From: an uncultured Mycoplasmatota bacterium
GTDB taxonomy: Bacteria; Bacillota_I; Bacilli_A; RF39; UBA660
NCBI GenBank assembly: GCA_900546275.1
Contig: URCH01000006.1
Coordinates: 3,513-67,512 of the forward strand
Direction of reading: 5' to 3'
DNA: 64,000 nt
Below the pieces are notes generated by a model, which was not told where the DNA came from, did no database searches, and saw only the letters and a list, made by a program, of their open reading frames with translations. How positions within the stretch are numbered: the first letter of the stretch is position 1; each line of letters starts with the position of its first letter. Made by a program: the position numbers and the translations under genes. Shown here in pieces: positions 41,771 to 52,146 of the stretch.

Positions 41771-42271
41771 TGTTTCATTTAAAACTTTTATTGCTATAGC
41801 AGCATCTAAATTACCAACTAAATCCGCATTATCCAAAGATTTAATTGTAATCTTGTATGTTTGCTTTTCACCTGGTTCTATTGTTACATCATGGTATATT
41901 ACTTCATCAAATTTCAGATTTCCTAATTCTTTTGAATCTATATTATTTACTTTAGTTTTTTTGTTTGTTTTATATTCTACCATGTATATAGCTTTTTCAT
42001 TGCTATAATTTGAAATTGATGACCATACTATATCATATTGTTTTTGTTCCTTAGATTTATTTTCTATAGTTACTTTTTTTGTAACTTCTTTTTGTTTTTC
42101 ATATAAAGGAATGTGCAACAAAGAATTATTATCATTATATTCAATTTGAAGTCCTAAATAATCATAACCTTGACTATTTTTTGTATTTGAATTTAGTTTT
42201 ACTATAATTAATATTGAAGCTATTACTATTATAGCAATAATTACTGATATTATTATATATTTCTTTTTCAT
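41756..42271 (-). CDS. Membrane-anchored hypothetical protein (start corrected to MKKKY)
   Basis: AGGAGG RBS before ATG at 42271; N-terminal TM anchor; immediately downstream of giant pilin-like gene. Confidence 0.4.
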   Translation of the reverse strand: MKKKYIIISVIIAIIVIASILIIVKLNSNTKNSQGYDYLGLQIEYNDNNSLLHIPLYEKQKEVTKKVTIENKSKEQKQYDIVWSSISNYSNEKAIYMVEYKTNKKTKVNNIDSKELGNLKFDEVIYHDVTIEPGEKQTYKITIKSLDNADLVGNLDAAIAIKVLNETKNAD

Positions 42272-42279
42272 AACGCCTC

Positions 42280-45200
42280 CTAATAACTCAAGCAATAAGA
42301 TGTTTTATAAACCCTGTAATTTCCAGCAGCATCTTGTGCTCCATATCTAAAGTAATAACATAGTCCTTGGTCTGGAGCTTCCACTCCTTGACTTGCTGAA
42401 GACGTAGTTGTCCATGTACTTACGGTATTATTGCTTGTTGAAGATGATTTTATATCAAGTGATGCTAAAGAAGTTATATTAGCAGTCATATCTGACCTCG
42501 AATCATACAAATGTCTTTTTTCTGTTACCTCAACATTATCTGTACATAAATATGATGCTGTAAAACCATTCTCTAATGAATCAAAATAATTTAATTCACA
42601 AGTTGGTGCTTCTTTATCAGTTTCACCAACTATACTTTCTTTTTCTATTTGTGTTGTTATAGTCGGAGTTTGAGATGAATCAGTTCCAGTTATTTTAATT
42701 AATTTTTGGTTTGGAACTAATTCTGTTGTCGCATTACCATTATCATCAACCTTATAAACTTGAGGATAATATCCTTCCTTATACTTAAATTTATTGCCAA
42801 ATAAACTTGATTGCCAATTTACAGTTTTAATATCATCTATTGATGCTGATGTTTCAGAAGCAACTGTGGTTGTTGGTAACGTTGTTCCTGCCTCATCTTT
42901 TATCAATTGGCTTGCTGAATAAAATGAATTATTTACATTTTGACCTAATCTGTATATCATTCCACCTGCTTCAGATGGACTTGTACTAAATCCGTTTTTA
43001 TATGTATCCGCATTTTTCAATGTAAGATTAGAATTTGTTAAACTATTAGTAGCATTTTCACTTGTTATTCCATAAAGTACCAACCATTTATTTGAAGAAG
43101 TACCTGGATTATTAATTACTACATTTGTATTAGTATATGAATTATTAACACTAGAACTACTTATTCCATGTAAGAAAGCACTATCTGTTCCATTTATTGT
43201 TATGTTTCCAGTAATATAGCTATTTGATACAGATTTTTGACTTAAGCCAAAAACTTCTGCTTGACGACCAGCGGTATTTAATGTTATATCTACATTTGAA
43301 AAACTATTATAAATAGGAGTATTTCTTGCAAACCCAGTTATTGTTTCATTATCACTTGTCGTATGATTAATTATCATTTTTACATTTGCCCCAGAATTAT
43401 ATATTGAAGAACCTGAAGATTGATCGGAGTTACAAAAGCCTGCTATATAATAAGCACTATTCGATTTTATAATTGTATTTACATAACTATTTTTTACTTT
43501 TGTATCATATAACCCACCTATTAATCCAGCAACATTAAATGATGTACCAGAAGAGATTGTTCCAATATATGTTGCATTATTAACTATACTTGAGCCTGTA
43601 AAACCTGCTATTCCACCAATATGTGAATTACTTGATGAATTATCTGTAAATGTTATATCTAAATTTGCAGTTGCATTCTCAATATCTCCATTGGTAGATC
43701 CAACAATTCCGCCTACATTTGAACCATATTTCATATTCAAATTCATTGTAGAATTTACATTATTTAATGATGAACTACTTCCATTAGTATTATCACCAAC
43801 AATTCCACCAACAGATGAGGCATTACAATCAAACTTTAACTTACCATTTGATTTTACATTTTCAATTTTACCGCTAAATGATCCAGCTATTCCACCCACA
43901 TATCTAATTTCATAAGTTGAATTGCTAGTAATATTTCCATTAAAAGTTGAATCCGATATAGTACCCCCCCCATATCCTAAAATTCCTCCACTAGAATATC
44001 CAACTGATATGTCAGCATTAACCTCTGAATTTGATATATTAGCACCACCAGATCCTACTAGTCCCCCTACACTATCACTAGAAGACTTTATAGTACTACC
44101 AGTTAGGACATTTATATTATCAATAGTAGCATATCCAGATGAATTTCCTAATACACCTCCTATAATATTGTACGATGTTATATCATATTTAATATTTAAA
44201 TTTTTTATTGATGCAGGGGTTTGAGAACTTCCTAATATTCCTCCAGTTCCACCATTGCCAGATTTGCCAATTATAGTTGTATTAACATTTCCACCGTCAA
44301 CATTTGTATTTATTGCTTGACCTATTATGCCACCTAATATAGCACCTGCTTGTGAAACATTTGAAGTAATTTCTATATTATTTATTTCTGTATTATTGGA
44401 AGTACCAATTAATCCTCCAGCATAGGCAGAACCTACACTTACATTGGTATTTGCTGTTATATTATTGACAATTACTTTATTAGCTTCTGTTCCTTCTGAA
44501 TAACCAATTAATCCTCCAGCATTTACAGATGGACCATTAACTGTTGCTGTTACTGTTATATTATCTAAAGTAACTTGCTTTTCCTTTGCCTTTGCACAAC
44601 CTACCAGTGAACCAAATTTTTCGATTCCTCCATTTACTTTTGAATCTAATAACTTAATATTTTTTATTTCTGCCCCATCAGATATGTTAGAAAATAAACC
44701 ATTGCACGTTAAAGATGGAGAGTCTATATATAAATTACTAATTGAATATCCTTTCCCATCAAAAACTCCTTGAAATGATGTTTCTACTGTATAATCTTCA
44801 TCATTTTCATTTTTTAATGTTCCATTTATTCCTATCATTGGGAATCCTTTACTAGAAGTTAATTCCGTTTTGATATCATCTATCTTACCATCTCTATTTA
44901 TATCACCATAAGTTGTACTTGTTGGATTTTTATATGATGAGTCATCATTAAAATCTAAATTTCTAATTAATGTATAAGTTTTTGATGAAGCACCATCAGA
45001 ACTCTCATTTACAGAAATTGCTAAATCAACCAAGTCCTCTATATAACCTATTTTAATAGAATCATCAGTTTCTTCTTTTTCTATATCTATGACTCCATTT
45101 TCATTTATAGTACATTTTCCATTTTTATCTATATCTTGAACTTTTATTTCCTCTTCGTTATAGTTTTTGCTTGCACAAAAAGTGCCTTTTTTTATTGCTA

Positions 45201-45513
45201 AAGCTGATTTCCCATTTGAATCAAAAACTATTACCCCAGATTCTGGTTTCTCACCATTATATTCTAATATATATTTATCATTTTCATCTTTTTGTACTAC
45301 ATCTATCCTAGACAAAACATCTTTGGATTGAACCTTACCTGATAAATAATATATTTTAGCACTTTCTAAAATTCCATATGCACTCGATTTAAATGCACCT
45401 CTTTGTGCTGATTTAGTAATATTTATAACTACTGGTACTGCAATTAATGCAATTATTGCAAGAACTACTATTACTGCTAGTAATTCTACTAAAGTGAATC
45501 CTTTCTTTTTCAT
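42280..45513 (-). CDS. Giant (1077 aa) type IV prepilin-like protein with GLUG-motif repeats
   Basis: MKKKG|FTLVELLAVIVVLAIIALIAV class III signal; >12 repeats of GG(I/L)(I/V)G (GGLIGYSEG, GGIIGQAIN, GGVLGNSSG, GGIVGDNT...) typical of GLUG repeats; S/T/N-rich C-terminus. Confidence 0.55.
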   Translation of the reverse strand: MKKKGFTLVELLAVIVVLAIIALIAVPVVINITKSAQRGAFKSSAYGILESAKIYYLSGKVQSKDVLSRIDVVQKDENDKYILEYNGEKPESGVIVFDSNGKSALAIKKGTFCASKNYNEEEIKVQDIDKNGKCTINENGVIDIEKEETDDSIKIGYIEDLVDLAISVNESSDGASSKTYTLIRNLDFNDDSSYKNPTSTTYGDINRDGKIDDIKTELTSSKGFPMIGINGTLKNENDEDYTVETSFQGVFDGKGYSISNLYIDSPSLTCNGLFSNISDGAEIKNIKLLDSKVNGGIEKFGSLVGCAKAKEKQVTLDNITVTATVNGPSVNAGGLIGYSEGTEANKVIVNNITANTNVSVGSAYAGGLIGTSNNTEINNIEITSNVSQAGAILGGIIGQAINTNVDGGNVNTTIIGKSGNGGTGGILGSSQTPASIKNLNIKYDITSYNIIGGVLGNSSGYATIDNINVLTGSTIKSSSDSVGGLVGSGGANISNSEVNADISVGYSSGGILGYGGGTISDSTFNGNITSNSTYEIRYVGGIAGSFSGKIENVKSNGKLKFDCNASSVGGIVGDNTNGSSSSLNNVNSTMNLNMKYGSNVGGIVGSTNGDIENATANLDITFTDNSSSNSHIGGIAGFTGSSIVNNATYIGTISSGTSFNVAGLIGGLYDTKVKNSYVNTIIKSNSAYYIAGFCNSDQSSGSSIYNSGANVKMIINHTTSDNETITGFARNTPIYNSFSNVDITLNTAGRQAEVFGLSQKSVSNSYITGNITINGTDSAFLHGISSSSVNNSYTNTNVVINNPGTSSNKWLVLYGITSENATNSLTNSNLTLKNADTYKNGFSTSPSEAGGMIYRLGQNVNNSFYSASQLIKDEAGTTLPTTTVASETSASIDDIKTVNWQSSLFGNKFKYKEGYYPQVYKVDDNGNATTELVPNQKLIKITGTDSSQTPTITTQIEKESIVGETDKEAPTCELNYFDSLENGFTASYLCTDNVEVTEKRHLYDSRSDMTANITSLASLDIKSSSTSNNTVSTWTTTSSASQGVEAPDQGLCYYFRYGAQDAAGNYRVYKTSYCLSY

Positions 45514-45609
45514 AAAATTTTAAGTAATAATATACTTATTTCCTCCCTCCTACTATACTATATTTATGATATCAATCATCAAAAATAATGTCAATAAAAA
45601 GACATAAGA

Positions 45610-46521
45610 TTATTTATAATAATTTCTTATGTCTTCTATTAAATTTTCATTAATTTTTTTATTTCTTATCATTTCTATTTCAAATTTATATGGTGGATAT
45701 ATTTTTTTGTTATCATCTTCATTTTTAGAAACATATGGAGTTTCTAATATTTTTGGGATATTTTTTAATTTTTCGTGATAAATTATTTTAATTAAATTTT
45801 CAAAACCAATTGTTCCATATCCTATATTTTCATGTCTATCTTTATGACTTCCTAGTATATTCTTACTGTCATTTATATGAACACATTTTAAATATTTAAG
45901 GCCTATTACCTTATCAAAATCATTTATTATTTTATCAAAATCGTTTAAATCATATCCTGCATCATTTATATGACATGTATCTAGGCAAACTCCTATTTTA
46001 TCTTTTAATTCTATTCCGTCTATAATCTGCTTTATTTCTTCAAATTTTTTTCCGCATTCACTTCCTTTACCAGCCATAGTTTCTAAACAAATAACCACAT
46101 TTTTATTTGGATCTAATACTTTATTAAGTGCGAATATTATATTTTTTATACCCTCTGTTTCTCCTAATTTCACATGACTTCCTGGGTGTAATACAATTTT
46201 ATTAATACCTAAACTTATTGTTCTATCAATTTCTTGTTTAAGAAATGAAATAGCAAAATTATAATTATCATTATTATTAGCTAGGTTTATAATATAAGGT
46301 GCATGTATAACCACATTATTTATATCAATATTATTATCAATCATCATTTGTTTTGCTTTACTAGTTAAATTATCATCAATAGAAACTCTAACAGTATTTT
46401 GTGGTGCTCCTGTATAAAACATAAATGTTGTTGCTTTATAATCAAGGGCTTGTTTTACACATCCAACCAATTGTTCATTTTTATTAAAATTAACATGTGC
46501 TCCAATTATTAAATCTTCCAT
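45610..46521 (-). CDS. nfo: Endonuclease IV (AP endonuclease family 2)
   Basis: IGAHVN..., HAPYIINLA, LHPGS, CLETMAGKG, CLDTCH, HINDSK blocks; 303 aa. Confidence 0.9.
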   Translation of the reverse strand: MEDLIIGAHVNFNKNEQLVGCVKQALDYKATTFMFYTGAPQNTVRVSIDDNLTSKAKQMMIDNNIDINNVVIHAPYIINLANNNDNYNFAISFLKQEIDRTISLGINKIVLHPGSHVKLGETEGIKNIIFALNKVLDPNKNVVICLETMAGKGSECGKKFEEIKQIIDGIELKDKIGVCLDTCHINDAGYDLNDFDKIINDFDKVIGLKYLKCVHINDSKNILGSHKDRHENIGYGTIGFENLIKIIYHEKLKNIPKILETPYVSKNEDDNKKIYPPYKFEIEMIRNKKINENLIEDIRNYYK

Positions 46522-46576
46522 AAAATTCTCCTTTAATATAAAAAAATTATATCATAAAAAAAAATAACCAACAAGG

Positions 46577-47089
46577 TTATTTATAAAAAGCTAAATTACC
46601 AATTAAAGGTAGTTTTTCTTCTTTATCTTTTGCTGCATGAATAATTCCAGTAACAATATAGAATATACATGCTCCATAGTAAGCTAAATTAACGATTGCT
46701 AATAAAACTTTACCTAAAAGACTTATACCAGCGGTCATTCCAAAGAATGAAACCTCTGCACAAGTTGCTACAATTATTAAATTAATAATACCAGCAACTA
46801 TTCCTGCTGCAACACAAGCAATTGTTAAAATAATTCCTTGACCAACATGAAATCTAACTTTAGAATCATTTTTTGAGCCACAGAAAAGTCCTAAAATCCA
46901 AAGTATTCCGATGTAAGAAACTATTTTGAATACTTTAGTATCTCCTTCAATAATTTGTTCTTTAGTTAATTCCTTTGTTACTTTTTTAGTTTCTTTTTTT
47001 ACTGTTTTTTTTGCACTATTGTTTGTTCCGCATTCTGGGCAAAACTTAGAATCTTCTGGCATCTTTTTTCCGCATTCTTTACAAAACAT
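46577..47089 (-). CDS. Zinc-ribbon plus multi-TM membrane protein
   Basis: N-terminal CKECG...CPECG zinc ribbon, then three to four TM helices. Confidence 0.45.
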   Translation of the reverse strand: MFCKECGKKMPEDSKFCPECGTNNSAKKTVKKETKKVTKELTKEQIIEGDTKVFKIVSYIGILWILGLFCGSKNDSKVRFHVGQGIILTIACVAAGIVAGIINLIIVATCAEVSFFGMTAGISLLGKVLLAIVNLAYYGACIFYIVTGIIHAAKDKEEKLPLIGNLAFYK

Positions 47090-47165
47090 ATATATACTCC
47101 TCTCTTTCTACAATTATACATTTGAAACCCTTTAAAGTCAATAATTGTTTATACTTTAGTATATG

Positions 47166-47498
47166 TTAACTATCTATTAATTTTCCAATACCACCAAATA
47201 TTATTCCAATACCTTTTACCATATAATCTCCAATTGTATCTGATATAGCAAGTGTAGCACTCGAAATTTTATTTTCATAGTTTTTTACGGGTTCTAGATA
47301 TGATTCTATATCTATTTCTTTTCCATCGCTTATATCTTTTTCAAATTTTTTAATTTGTTCTTCAGTTAGTTCCTTTTTTTTATATTGTCTATATTCATAA
47401 TATCCTGTTGCTTGTGACAAATATATTGTTAAAAATGTAATAAATGACATTAAAAACAAGTATTTAAAAATGACGTTTAAAACTTTAGTTTTCTTCAT
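47166..47498 (-). CDS. Small membrane protein (110 aa)
   Basis: ORF track; N-terminal TM; overlaps spoIIP-like gene by 14 nt. Confidence 0.3.
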   Translation of the reverse strand: MKKTKVLNVIFKYLFLMSFITFLTIYLSQATGYYEYRQYKKKELTEEQIKKFEKDISDGKEIDIESYLEPVKNYENKISSATLAISDTIGDYMVKGIGIIFGGIGKLIDS

Positions 47499-48372
47499 CT
47501 AATACCTCCTTAATTATTGGGCCTAACAAATCTATTGTGTTTTTTACTTCAACTATGTCATTTTCATATCCACCGATATTTATAAATATAATTTTTTCTG
47601 ATAATTCTTGATTATATGTATAATTATCATTTAATACTATTCCACGTGTTAAATCTGGATATTTTTCTTTTATTTTTCTATTAATTAGTTCGGTTAAATT
47701 ATAATTTAACATATAATTTTTATTTTTTCTTCCTACTACAAATTTTACTTTTGCATATTTTTTACCATTTAGTTCTAAAGTTGTAACTTCTTTTTCTTCA
47801 TCATCTCTGTGTAAATCTATAAATAAATCAATATTTTCATTTTGTATTATATTTTCTACTAATGTTTTACTTATATCAAAACTTTTTGATAAATTATTAT
47901 TTGTTAAATCAGATACTTTTTGTTTTTCCACTATTACATCTATTCCTATGCTTTTTAAATTATTTGAAAGCAATAATGAAGCGTTACCAACACTTATTTT
48001 TATATTTTGAATAAAATCTTTATATTGTTCCAAATCATGTGTATTGTATAAATATACTTTATATTTATATGAACTTAATTTTAATTTATCTTTTAATATA
48101 ATTTTATTTTCTGTTTGATTTTTAAGTATTCCGATCGGGTCATTTATGTTTATAAATTTTTGTAATATTTTATTGAAATAATTATTATCTTCATTATATA
48201 TAATGTGAATACTATTATTTGAAAGTATTTTAGATATAGCATTTTTATTTATTGTAACTAATTTAAAGTTAGATGAAATGTATGAAAACAATAAATAAAT
48301 TAAAATTATTATAATAACAAATATTAAATATTTAAATTTTAATTTGATTCTTCTTTTACTTTTAAATTTCAT
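47485..48372 (-). CDS. spoIIP: Stage II sporulation protein P-like
   Basis: N-terminal TM; YLYNTHDLEQY (cf. YHTHxxESY) and IDLHRD blocks; conserved position downstream of gpr. Confidence 0.6.
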   Translation of the reverse strand: MKFKSKRRIKLKFKYLIFVIIIILIYLLFSYISSNFKLVTINKNAISKILSNNSIHIIYNEDNNYFNKILQKFININDPIGILKNQTENKIILKDKLKLSSYKYKVYLYNTHDLEQYKDFIQNIKISVGNASLLLSNNLKSIGIDVIVEKQKVSDLTNNNLSKSFDISKTLVENIIQNENIDLFIDLHRDDEEKEVTTLELNGKKYAKVKFVVGRKNKNYMLNYNLTELINRKIKEKYPDLTRGIVLNDNYTYNQELSEKIIFINIGGYENDIVEVKNTIDLLGPIIKEVLDEEN

Positions 48373-48447
48373 TTTTTCACCTCTTTAATGATTATATATA
48401 ATTATATGCGTACATTTTGTCAAAAAAAATATCAAATAACTTGATAT

Positions 48448-49464
48448 TTAATTTACTTCATCATGAAGAGCTTTATTTATTCCATTTCCTATAACATCAG
48501 ATAATTTTTCTATAACAAAATCAATTTCTTTAGGTGTTACCATCATATTATAACCTATTGGGGTCAAAACTTCATATATTAATTCTTTAAATTCATTGTC
48601 AGATAATGTTCCAATTATTCCAAACAAATCCTTTTTATCGGATTCTTTTATATTAACATCTTTTTTTAAATAATTAACACCATTTGGAACTAATTTACTA
48701 ATTGGATTTTTTAGAAATTCTTTATTAAATGCATAATGTTTATACATATAATTTATTGTATCAGATACAATTACATTTGCATCTACAACAGTTGGTACAC
48801 CTATTGCCACAACAGGTATATTTAATTTTTCATAACTAATTTCTTTTCTACTATTTCCAACTCCACTACCAGGATGTATTCCTGTATCAGTCATTTGTAT
48901 TGTTTTGTTTACTCTTTCAATAGAACTACTTGCTAAAGAATCAATTGCTATTAAAAAGTCTGGTTTTAATTTTTCTACTAAACTTAAGATTATATCGCTA
49001 GTTTCTATTCCTGTTTGTCCCATAACACCTGGATTTATCGCACTTACTTTCATAAAACCTTCAACATTTTGAAGTTCAAACAAATGAGATGTTACTATAA
49101 TATTATTTATTGATAATGGGCCTAAAGAATCTGGAGTTGATTTATCATTTCCAAGTCCTACAATAAGACAGTATGAATTTTTTGTGATTTTTAAATTTGC
49201 TAACATTTTTTTTAATTCCTTAGAAAAAACTTCTTTTACTTTTTCTTTATTTGTAAAATCTGTAACATCTTCAAATTCTATTGTAATATAATTACCTTGT
49301 TTTTTATTTATTAATTTTTTCATCTTTTCATCAACTTTTACAGTAGTGATTTTAATTTTATCTTCTATATTAATAACTGGTTTTATATTATTATTATCTT
49401 TTATACTTTCAACAAGTAGATCTGTTCTTATGTTATATTTTTTTAAATCTTTTTCTCTATTCAT
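48448..49464 (-). CDS. gpr: Germination protease GPR (start corrected)
   Basis: IRTDLLVE..., GLGNDKSTPDSLGP, TGIHPGSGVGN blocks; RBS AGAGGTGAA before ATG 49464. Confidence 0.85.
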   Translation of the reverse strand: MNREKDLKKYNIRTDLLVESIKDNNNIKPVINIEDKIKITTVKVDEKMKKLINKKQGNYITIEFEDVTDFTNKEKVKEVFSKELKKMLANLKITKNSYCLIVGLGNDKSTPDSLGPLSINNIIVTSHLFELQNVEGFMKVSAINPGVMGQTGIETSDIILSLVEKLKPDFLIAIDSLASSSIERVNKTIQMTDTGIHPGSGVGNSRKEISYEKLNIPVVAIGVPTVVDANVIVSDTINYMYKHYAFNKEFLKNPISKLVPNGVNYLKKDVNIKESDKKDLFGIIGTLSDNEFKELIYEVLTPIGYNMMVTPKEIDFVIEKLSDVIGNGINKALHDEVN

Positions 49465-49576
49465 ACTATTCACCTCTAATATTTTTATCATTTTTAAATA
49501 ATTTATTAAATTTATTTGCTTTTTTATCATTTTTTTGTTAAAATGTTATAAGTATTAATGACATGGAGGTGATATT

Positions 49577-49837
49577 ATGCCAAATATGAAAAACGCTAAG
49601 AAAAAAATCTTAGTTGATGCTAAGAAAAAAGAAAATAACAATAATTTTAAAGCTAGTATGAAAACAGCTATTAAAAATGTAGAAAAATCAGTAAAAGCTA
49701 AAGACAAAGAAAAAGCTGCTGAAAATCTAAAAATAGCTATTAAAAGAATAGATAAAGCAACTTCTTGTGGTGTTGCTACAAAAAATTACAGTGCACGTAA
49801 TAAATCAAGATTAACTAAAAAGGTAAATGAAATGTAA
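49577..49837 (+). CDS. rpsT: 30S ribosomal protein S20
   Basis: MPNMKNAKKKI...ASMKTAIKN... basic 86-aa protein; divergent from gpr as in Bacillus. Confidence 0.9.
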   Translation: MPNMKNAKKKILVDAKKKENNNNFKASMKTAIKNVEKSVKAKDKEKAAENLKIAIKRIDKATSCGVATKNYSARNKSRLTKKVNEM

Positions 49838-49908
49838 TTATTTTACTTTTTTTTTATTTTAAATAATGTTTGAGTTTTTTTTTGATATACTATATGTAGG
49901 TGAATTAA

Positions 49909-50823
49909 ATGAAATTAAAAAAATTTATAAAGTTTACATTTTTAATAGGTATTATAAGTTGTTTATATTTATTTAGAAATAATATTTCGGATTATATTTT
50001 AAAAAATTTTGTAATAAACAACAAAATTGTAATTAGTGAAGCAAATACATATTATAAGGATTATGAATATAATTATGTTCACACTGTAACAAATTTTGAA
50101 CCTAACAATAAACAAGATTTATTAAATATTTTTTATACTATATTAAATAGTGGTTGGACTACTTTTCAATTCTATTGTAACCCTGACTATAAAGATTGCT
50201 ACGACGATATAAATTATATTACAAAGGAATCTGAAGATTTATCAATTATAAATAATATGGTTAATCCATTTAATAGTTATAAGTATTTAACGTTTGAAGT
50301 ATCTAGTTTAGGTAAAGTTACAGTTAACATTCAAAAGTTATATACTGATGATGAAATAAATTATGTTAATGAACAAATGGATAAAATTATTGATGAAATA
50401 ATAACTGATGACATGACTACTAATGAAAAAATTAAAGCATTTCATGATTATGTAATAAATATGCTTAGTTATGATACTTCATTAAATATTGAGGAAAATG
50501 GCTCAAATAAAGCATATGGTGCATTAGTAAATAAAAAAGCTGTATGTTCTGGTTATAGTGATTTAATGGCAATTTTTTTGGATAGACTTGGAATTAAAAA
50601 CTATAAAATAATTAATGATGAACATGTATGGAATCTTTTATATTTGGATGAAAAATGGCAACACATTGACTTAACTTGGGATGACCCTACTACTTCTAAT
50701 GGTAAACCTATATTGATTCATGATTTCTTTTTAATAGATACTTCTGAACTTGAAAGAATTAGTAATAAACTTAAAAATAATCAACATGTTTTTGACAAAA
50801 ATATTTATATTGAAGCAAAATAA
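49909..50823 (+). CDS. Transglutaminase-like (cysteine-protease fold) domain protein with N-terminal TM
   Basis: CSGYSDLMAIFL ... HVWNLLYLDEKWQHIDLTWDD = Cys-His-Asp transglutaminase-like core. Confidence 0.7.
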   Translation: MKLKKFIKFTFLIGIISCLYLFRNNISDYILKNFVINNKIVISEANTYYKDYEYNYVHTVTNFEPNNKQDLLNIFYTILNSGWTTFQFYCNPDYKDCYDDINYITKESEDLSIINNMVNPFNSYKYLTFEVSSLGKVTVNIQKLYTDDEINYVNEQMDKIIDEIITDDMTTNEKIKAFHDYVINMLSYDTSLNIEENGSNKAYGALVNKKAVCSGYSDLMAIFLDRLGIKNYKIINDEHVWNLLYLDEKWQHIDLTWDDPTTSNGKPILIHDFFLIDTSELERISNKLKNNQHVFDKNIYIEAK

Positions 50824-50830
50824 AAGCACT

Positions 50831-52060
50831 TTAGTGCTTTTTTAAAGTAATTAAAACAGTCGTTCCCTTATTTACTATTGATGTATATTTCATTTTCCCA
50901 CCATGTGCTTCAACTATTTCATTTGAAAGTGCAACTCCTAAACCTGTTCCATTTTGTTTTGTTGTAAAGAATAATTGTTTGATTTTTTCTAATGTTTCAC
51001 TATCCATACCGGGTCCATTATCATGAACTAATATTTCTACTTCATCCTCATTATTATTTAATTCAATTTTTATTATCCCATTTGCCTCAATTGCTTCTAT
51101 ACTATTTTTTATTACATTTATAAGTACCTGAACAATTCTGTTATAATCCCCATTTATAAATATTTCATCATCAGTATTTTTATATGTGATAATTATGTTT
51201 TTTTCTTTTGAAAGAAGATGAAAACTGTCTATAACATCTTCTATTAATAAATTTATATCCAATATATCTTTTTCAATTGTTACTTTGTTTAATGATAAGA
51301 AATCTTGTAGTAAAACTAATGTTCTATTGATTTCTTCTTTTATTATAGGAATATAATTTTCATTATGTTCTTTATTATTTATTTGAAACATATCCAAGTA
51401 TCCTTTACAAACAGCTATTGGATTCTTTATTTCATGTGTTATTTTAAATATACTCTCACGTAAGTTTTTTAAATTCTGTAAGTCTTTTAAACTATTATAC
51501 ATATTAGTTATTTGTTCTGATTTTTTAAATATATTAACAACTAAACATATTAAAAAATAATAAAGTAAACATATAACTATAAGTTGCCATGAAAGTGTAA
51601 ATAAAACAGTTTTATCTGTTAAAAGCCACCAAAATGAAACTACTGTATTGGTAAATACAAATAATCTTATATACAAGAAATCAAATCTTTTATATTTTTG
51701 TTTTAATATATACAAAATATAATAAATAACATATTCTATTAAAATTATATATAATCCAAAATTATAGGAACTGTAATAATAAATACCTACCAAAGATAAT
51801 ATAAGTATACCTAATTTTCTATTTAATAAATACGCAAATATTAAAGGTATATGAAACATTAGTTTTGGAACCATTGTTGAATATGAGTACCCATATTTTA
51901 TAAGTAAATAACATGAAGATATAAGCGCAAAATCTAAATAGAATTCCTTTTTTTTTAAAGAATAGTTCTGCATGCATATTGCATAAATCAAATAACACAA
52001 TAATGGAAACAATACAAAAATACTATTAATTAAAATAATTTCTAACATATATTCCCCCAC
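50831..52060 (-). CDS. Orphan sensor histidine kinase (multi-TM sensor)
   Basis: ~6 TM helices, H-box ITHEIKNPIAV, HATPase_c (HDNGPGM..., GTGLGVAL); no adjacent response regulator. Confidence 0.75.
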   Translation of the reverse strand: MGEYMLEIILINSIFVLFPLLCYLIYAICMQNYSLKKKEFYLDFALISSCYLLIKYGYSYSTMVPKLMFHIPLIFAYLLNRKLGILILSLVGIYYYSSYNFGLYIILIEYVIYYILYILKQKYKRFDFLYIRLFVFTNTVVSFWWLLTDKTVLFTLSWQLIVICLLYYFLICLVVNIFKKSEQITNMYNSLKDLQNLKNLRESIFKITHEIKNPIAVCKGYLDMFQINNKEHNENYIPIIKEEINRTLVLLQDFLSLNKVTIEKDILDINLLIEDVIDSFHLLSKEKNIIITYKNTDDEIFINGDYNRIVQVLINVIKNSIEAIEANGIIKIELNNNEDEVEILVHDNGPGMDSETLEKIKQLFFTTKQNGTGLGVALSNEIVEAHGGKMKYTSIVNKGTTVLITLKKH

Positions 52061-52146
52061 ACTCTAACAAATAAATTTGTTAATTAAATGGTATCATATA
52101 TATTTGTCATGTTTTGTCGAATAAAGAAAAAATGTGAAGAATTTTA

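Noticed and set aside
43691-44224. Plus-strand ORFs with PP-rich repeats (IPPT..., PPPYPKIPP)
   Set aside because: They mirror the GG(I/L)xG repeats of the minus-strand giant protein (GGx codons read in reverse as xCC = Pro). Antisense artefact.
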